Shown here: positions 60,896 to 64,000 of the stretch, piece by piece
How positions within the stretch are numbered: the first letter of the stretch is position 1
Layout of the letters: each line of letters starts with the position of its first letter
NCBI GenBank assembly: GCA_963809485.1
Contig: CAWEJX010000005.1
Location: 1-64,000, forward strand
Reading direction: 5' to 3'
Length of the DNA: 64,000 nt
Source: an uncultured Acidobacteriota bacterium
Lineage (GTDB): Bacteria; Acidobacteriota; UBA6911
Translations under genes and position numbers: made by a program
The notes under the pieces: model-generated
What the model was told of the DNA's origin: nothing
Databases searched by the model: none
What the model saw: only the letters and a program-made list of their open reading frames with translations

Positions 60896-61663
60896 ATGCA
60901 GGAACTCGTAAGCCGCGAAAAAGCCTATGCCCCTGTTATTCCCCTGGATATCAAAAGGGATGAACTGATCCTGGAGCATCTTCCTCAGATCAAGTACATC
61001 GCCCAGCGGATATCCACCAAGCTCCCTTCCCATGTTGAACTGAATGATCTCGTGAGCGCCGGCATTTTGGGATTACTGGACGCCATCGAAAAATTTGATC
61101 CTCACCGCGGCGTGAAATTCAAAACCTACGCCGAGCTGCGCATCAAAGGCGCAATTCTGGACAGCCTCCGCAACCTGGACTGGGCTCCGCGGTCCCTGCG
61201 CAAGAAGAGCAAGGACCTGGAAAAGATTTATCGGGAACTCGAGCAGCGCCTGGGCCGGCCTGCCACCGACAAGGAAGTCTGCGATGCGATGGAAATCTCG
61301 CTCCAGGAATTCTACGAACTGGTGGACCAGATCAAAGGGTTGAACCTCGGCAGCTTCCAGGAGCTTGCCGGTCAGGACGACGACAAAAACAGCGAGCCCC
61401 TTGTCAAGTATGTCCCGGACGCCCCTCAAATGGACCCTTTCTTCGTATTTCACAAAACGGAGGTCCAGGGCATCCTCAGCACCGCCATCGACACGTTGCC
61501 CAAAAAAGAGCGCCTGGTGGTTTCGCTCTACTACTTTGACGAAATGACCATGAAGGAGATCGGCAAAGTCCTGGGCGTCAATGAATCCCGTGTTTCCCAG
61601 CTTCACACCAAGGCCATGCTCAGGCTTCGCACGAAGCTCCGGCGAGTGAGCGGACAGGAATAG
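60896..61663 (+). CDS. fliA: RNA polymerase sigma-28 factor FliA/WhiG
   Basis: DLVSAGILGLLDAIEKFD, KFKTYAELRIKGAILDSLRNLDWAPRSLR, TMKEIGKVLGVNESRVSQLH. Confidence 0.95.
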   Translation: MQELVSREKAYAPVIPLDIKRDELILEHLPQIKYIAQRISTKLPSHVELNDLVSAGILGLLDAIEKFDPHRGVKFKTYAELRIKGAILDSLRNLDWAPRSLRKKSKDLEKIYRELEQRLGRPATDKEVCDAMEISLQEFYELVDQIKGLNLGSFQELAGQDDDKNSEPLVKYVPDAPQMDPFFVFHKTEVQGILSTAIDTLPKKERLVVSLYYFDEMTMKEIGKVLGVNESRVSQLHTKAMLRLRTKLRRVSGQE

Positions 61664-61861
61664 ATGGCCGACATGCAGACGATGAGAGAACTGCTTTCGC
61701 GGGAAGAACTGGAAGCCCTCCTTTCGGAGCCGCCTTTTGACGGCTGTCAGCGGCGCAATCCGAAAGCTGATTCCGGTTCGCTGTGCCAAACATCAGAAAG
61801 TCCGGGGGAGAGCGATGGCTCGGAAAAGCTCCCTTCCCCGCATGAGGTGGAAAAACCATAG
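61664..61861 (+). CDS. small ORF beginning with a FliM-N-like peptide (possible relic)
   Basis: Starts immediately after the fliA stop. RELLSREELEALL resembles the LSQxEIDALL CheY-binding motif. Confidence 0.35.
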   Translation: MADMQTMRELLSREELEALLSEPPFDGCQRRNPKADSGSLCQTSESPGESDGSEKLPSPHEVEKP

Positions 61862-62250
61862 GGGATTCGGTCCGGCCGGCAGAGTGCCGCAGGCCAATGG
61901 TATGCCGAAGCTCCCCATAAAGACCGAATGAGATTTTATGAAGCAAGCTTCGAATTCTCTCCTCACCCTTTGCCCAATCCCTTCAAAGGAGATGCCGTCC
62001 GCTCCGGCCCGGAATCTGGAATTGGCCGGCGCAGACGGCTGCTGCTTTCCCCCATCTGCATTTTTCGGAAGGCTGCTCGAAAAGGATTTTCATGCTTTCC
62101 GAACCGTTTGTACCCCCTGCAGGACTGTTTCTGCATCAGGTTGGGTGAGGGGAGGATCCGGAGCTTGCACATTATATTGGTGAGGACGGGTTTGCGGACC
62201 CGTCCGGCGCGGTTATGGCCTTCAGGACCGGAGCGCGGGACCGGGCAGGT

Positions 62251-63336
62251 ATGAGAGAAACGGACATATTGATTGGCCAGAAGGTCGTCGGCGAAAGCTC
62301 CCGGGTTTTTGTCATTGCCGAAATCGGCATCAACCACAACGGCAGCGTGAGCCAGGCGGAAACGATGATTGACGCTGCGGCTCAGGCCGGCGCGGATGCG
62401 GTCAAGTTTCAGAGCTTCCGGGCGGACCGTCTGCTGATCCCATCGAGGGACCGGCATGTCCAGCAGATCACCGGCGCGGAAACCCTTTATCACACATTGC
62501 GCCGCTGCGAACTCAGCTGGGAGGACCAGGCGAAGCTCAAAAAGCATGCCGACGAAAGGGAAATACTCTTTTTGTCGACTCCCTTCGATGAAGAAAGCGC
62601 CGATTTTCTGGATTCGATAGGCGTGCCGGCCTTCAAAATTTCCTCCCCCGACATCACCCATGTGCCTTTGCTGAGGCATGTGGCATCCAAAGGCAAACCG
62701 ATTCTGCTCTCCACCGGCATGTCCTTCCTCAATGAGGTAGCCGATGCCCTGTGGAACCTGCGGGCGGCCGGGGCCAAGGAAATCCTGCTGATGCACTGCG
62801 TCTCGGTTTACCCCGCATCCCCGCAGCACATGAACCTGCAGGCGCTCGGGACCCTGCGGTCCTATTTTGAGCTGCCGGTGGGTTTATCCGACCACAGTGA
62901 GGGGATCGTTCTCCCCATGGTGGCGGTGGCGCTCGGCGCCGTAACCATCGAGAAACACTTCACCCTGGACAAGCAGGCCGATGGCCCGGACCACAAATCC
63001 AGCGTCAATCCCGACGAACTGAAGCAGCTGATACAGGGCCTGAGGGATGTCGAAGTCAGCCTGGGCGACGGCAGGAAAAGGCCAGCCGATGTGGAAGAGG
63101 AATTGCGGCTTTACAGCCGCCGCAGCATCGTCGCCGCCGTCGATATACGCGCCCGCGAGGTTATTGCCCCCTGGATGCTAACGTTCAAGCGTCCCGCAAG
63201 CGGCCTGGAACCGCGATATATAGACAAAGTAATTGGAATGACCACCCGCCGGAATATTGGCAAAGACACCATCCTGCAATGGGAAGACCTCGCCCCCACC
63301 ACGGAATCACGAATGAAAAACGCTGACCCACGCTGA
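62251..63336 (+). CDS. N-acetylneuraminate synthase family protein (NeuB/PseI/LegI-like) with SAF domain
   Basis: IAEIGINHNG, ADAVKFQ, STPFD, LSTGM, HCVSVYP, GLSDH, IEKHFTLD, RRSIVA. Confidence 0.92.
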   Translation: MRETDILIGQKVVGESSRVFVIAEIGINHNGSVSQAETMIDAAAQAGADAVKFQSFRADRLLIPSRDRHVQQITGAETLYHTLRRCELSWEDQAKLKKHADEREILFLSTPFDEESADFLDSIGVPAFKISSPDITHVPLLRHVASKGKPILLSTGMSFLNEVADALWNLRAAGAKEILLMHCVSVYPASPQHMNLQALGTLRSYFELPVGLSDHSEGIVLPMVAVALGAVTIEKHFTLDKQADGPDHKSSVNPDELKQLIQGLRDVEVSLGDGRKRPADVEEELRLYSRRSIVAAVDIRAREVIAPWMLTFKRPASGLEPRYIDKVIGMTTRRNIGKDTILQWEDLAPTTESRMKNADPR

Positions 63337-63420
63337 ACGGACGCTGACCCACGCCGACAAAAATTTATATATATTTTTCCGCGTATGTCGGCGTCCTGTC
63401 AGCGTACGTCAGCGTTATAT
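63320..63420. repeat. full copy of the ACGCTGAC intergenic palindrome between convergent genes
   Basis: Four left-arm units, core AAAAATTTATATATATTTTT and a mirrored right arm. Contains the stop codon of the NeuB-family gene. Confidence 0.8.
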
Positions 63421-63426
63421 ATCAGC

Positions 63427-64000
63427 CTATCTCTGCCAGACGAATGCGCCGAATTGTTTGCGCGTGAGGAATCCCAAACGCTGATACCATTGAAATGCGC
63501 GCCGGTTCTCTGCGGTCACGGTCAGGCTCACCGTGCGGATCCCCGATGCCAGGAAGCCTTCGAACGCGGAGTGCATGAGAGCGTTGCCGATGCCCTTGCC
63601 CTGGTGCGAGGGGCGGACGGCGATCTGCGGGATCATTCCCGCCGATCCGGAGATGCGGCTGGCGGTGATGAATCCGCACGGATCCCCATCCTCGTCCAGG
63701 CAGATGAATGACGCTCCGGGAAGGAAAAACCCGCAACCGGGATTTTCCACCAGGCTGCGCAAGTAGCTTTCGCATCCCTCCCTGCTTTGATAGTCCTGGC
63801 AAATGACGGCGTCGGTCTGGCCCCGGTAGCTCGCCGAGGTCATCTCGGCCAGGCGTGGAAGGCAGGCAATGCTCCAGGCGACGATTCGCTCCTGCCGGAG
63901 AATTGGATTCGGGCGCCGGGGCGTGCGGGTCAGATCCAGTTCCATGAAATAGCGCGGGTAATGGGAAAAGCCGTGCCGGGTAAAAGCGTGCGTGAGTTCC
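63427..64000 (-). CDS. GNAT family N-acetyltransferase, 5' end outside the window
   Basis: IAVRPSHQGKGIGNALM (motif A) and LTVTAENRRAFQWYQRLGF. The frame stays open to the window edge. Confidence 0.85.
   Translation of the reverse strand, partial: ELTHAFTRHGFSHYPRYFMELDLTRTPRRPNPILRQERIVAWSIACLPRLAEMTSASYRGQTDAVICQDYQSREGCESYLRSLVENPGCGFFLPGASFICLDEDGDPCGFITASRISGSAGMIPQIAVRPSHQGKGIGNALMHSAFEGFLASGIRTVSLTVTAENRRAFQWYQRLGFLTRKQFGAFVWQR

Overview
A roughly 58% GC (estimated by eye) chromosomal window, probably from an anaerobic or facultative Acidobacteriota-type bacterium. That taxonomy is inferred from the carboxypeptidase-domain TonB-dependent receptor, the PD40-propeller kinase remnant and the gene order. 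Most of it is housekeeping: yceD-rpmF-plsX-acpP-etfBA, pgpH-ybeY-corC-ribD, thiE, accBC, pilMNOPQ, rplM-rpsI-rpsB-tsf-pyrH-frr, efp, speA and argH. Highlights: (1) a hidden exported selenoprotein (24133-25494, minus strand) with an in-frame C-G-UGA, a clear SECIS hairpin, a degenerate UshA/5'-nucleotidase domain and a tetraheme cytochrome c tail, next to an aldehyde:ferredoxin oxidoreductase, an MFS transporter and a TonB receptor; (2) four copies of a nested, palindrome-rich, non-coding element with IS200-like ends, one with an inverted core and one lacking the core; (3) a 3 kb integrase-less island in tRNA-Arg(UCG) carrying an AAA+/DUF4143 ATPase preceded by twin palindromic operators; (4) an eroded flagellar locus (sigma-54 promoter, flhA relic, intact flhG and fliA, a FliM-N-like peptide, a NeuB-family synthase) beside a phased DnaA-box cluster; (5) a candidate K+ uptake locus (APC permease, USP, tandem-RCK TrkA); (6) an EF-P with Asn at the modification site; (7) several families of intergenic repeats. 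Single-base frameshifts in rpsB and in the first 1.5 kb look like sequencing errors, so indel-only pseudogene calls are unreliable here.
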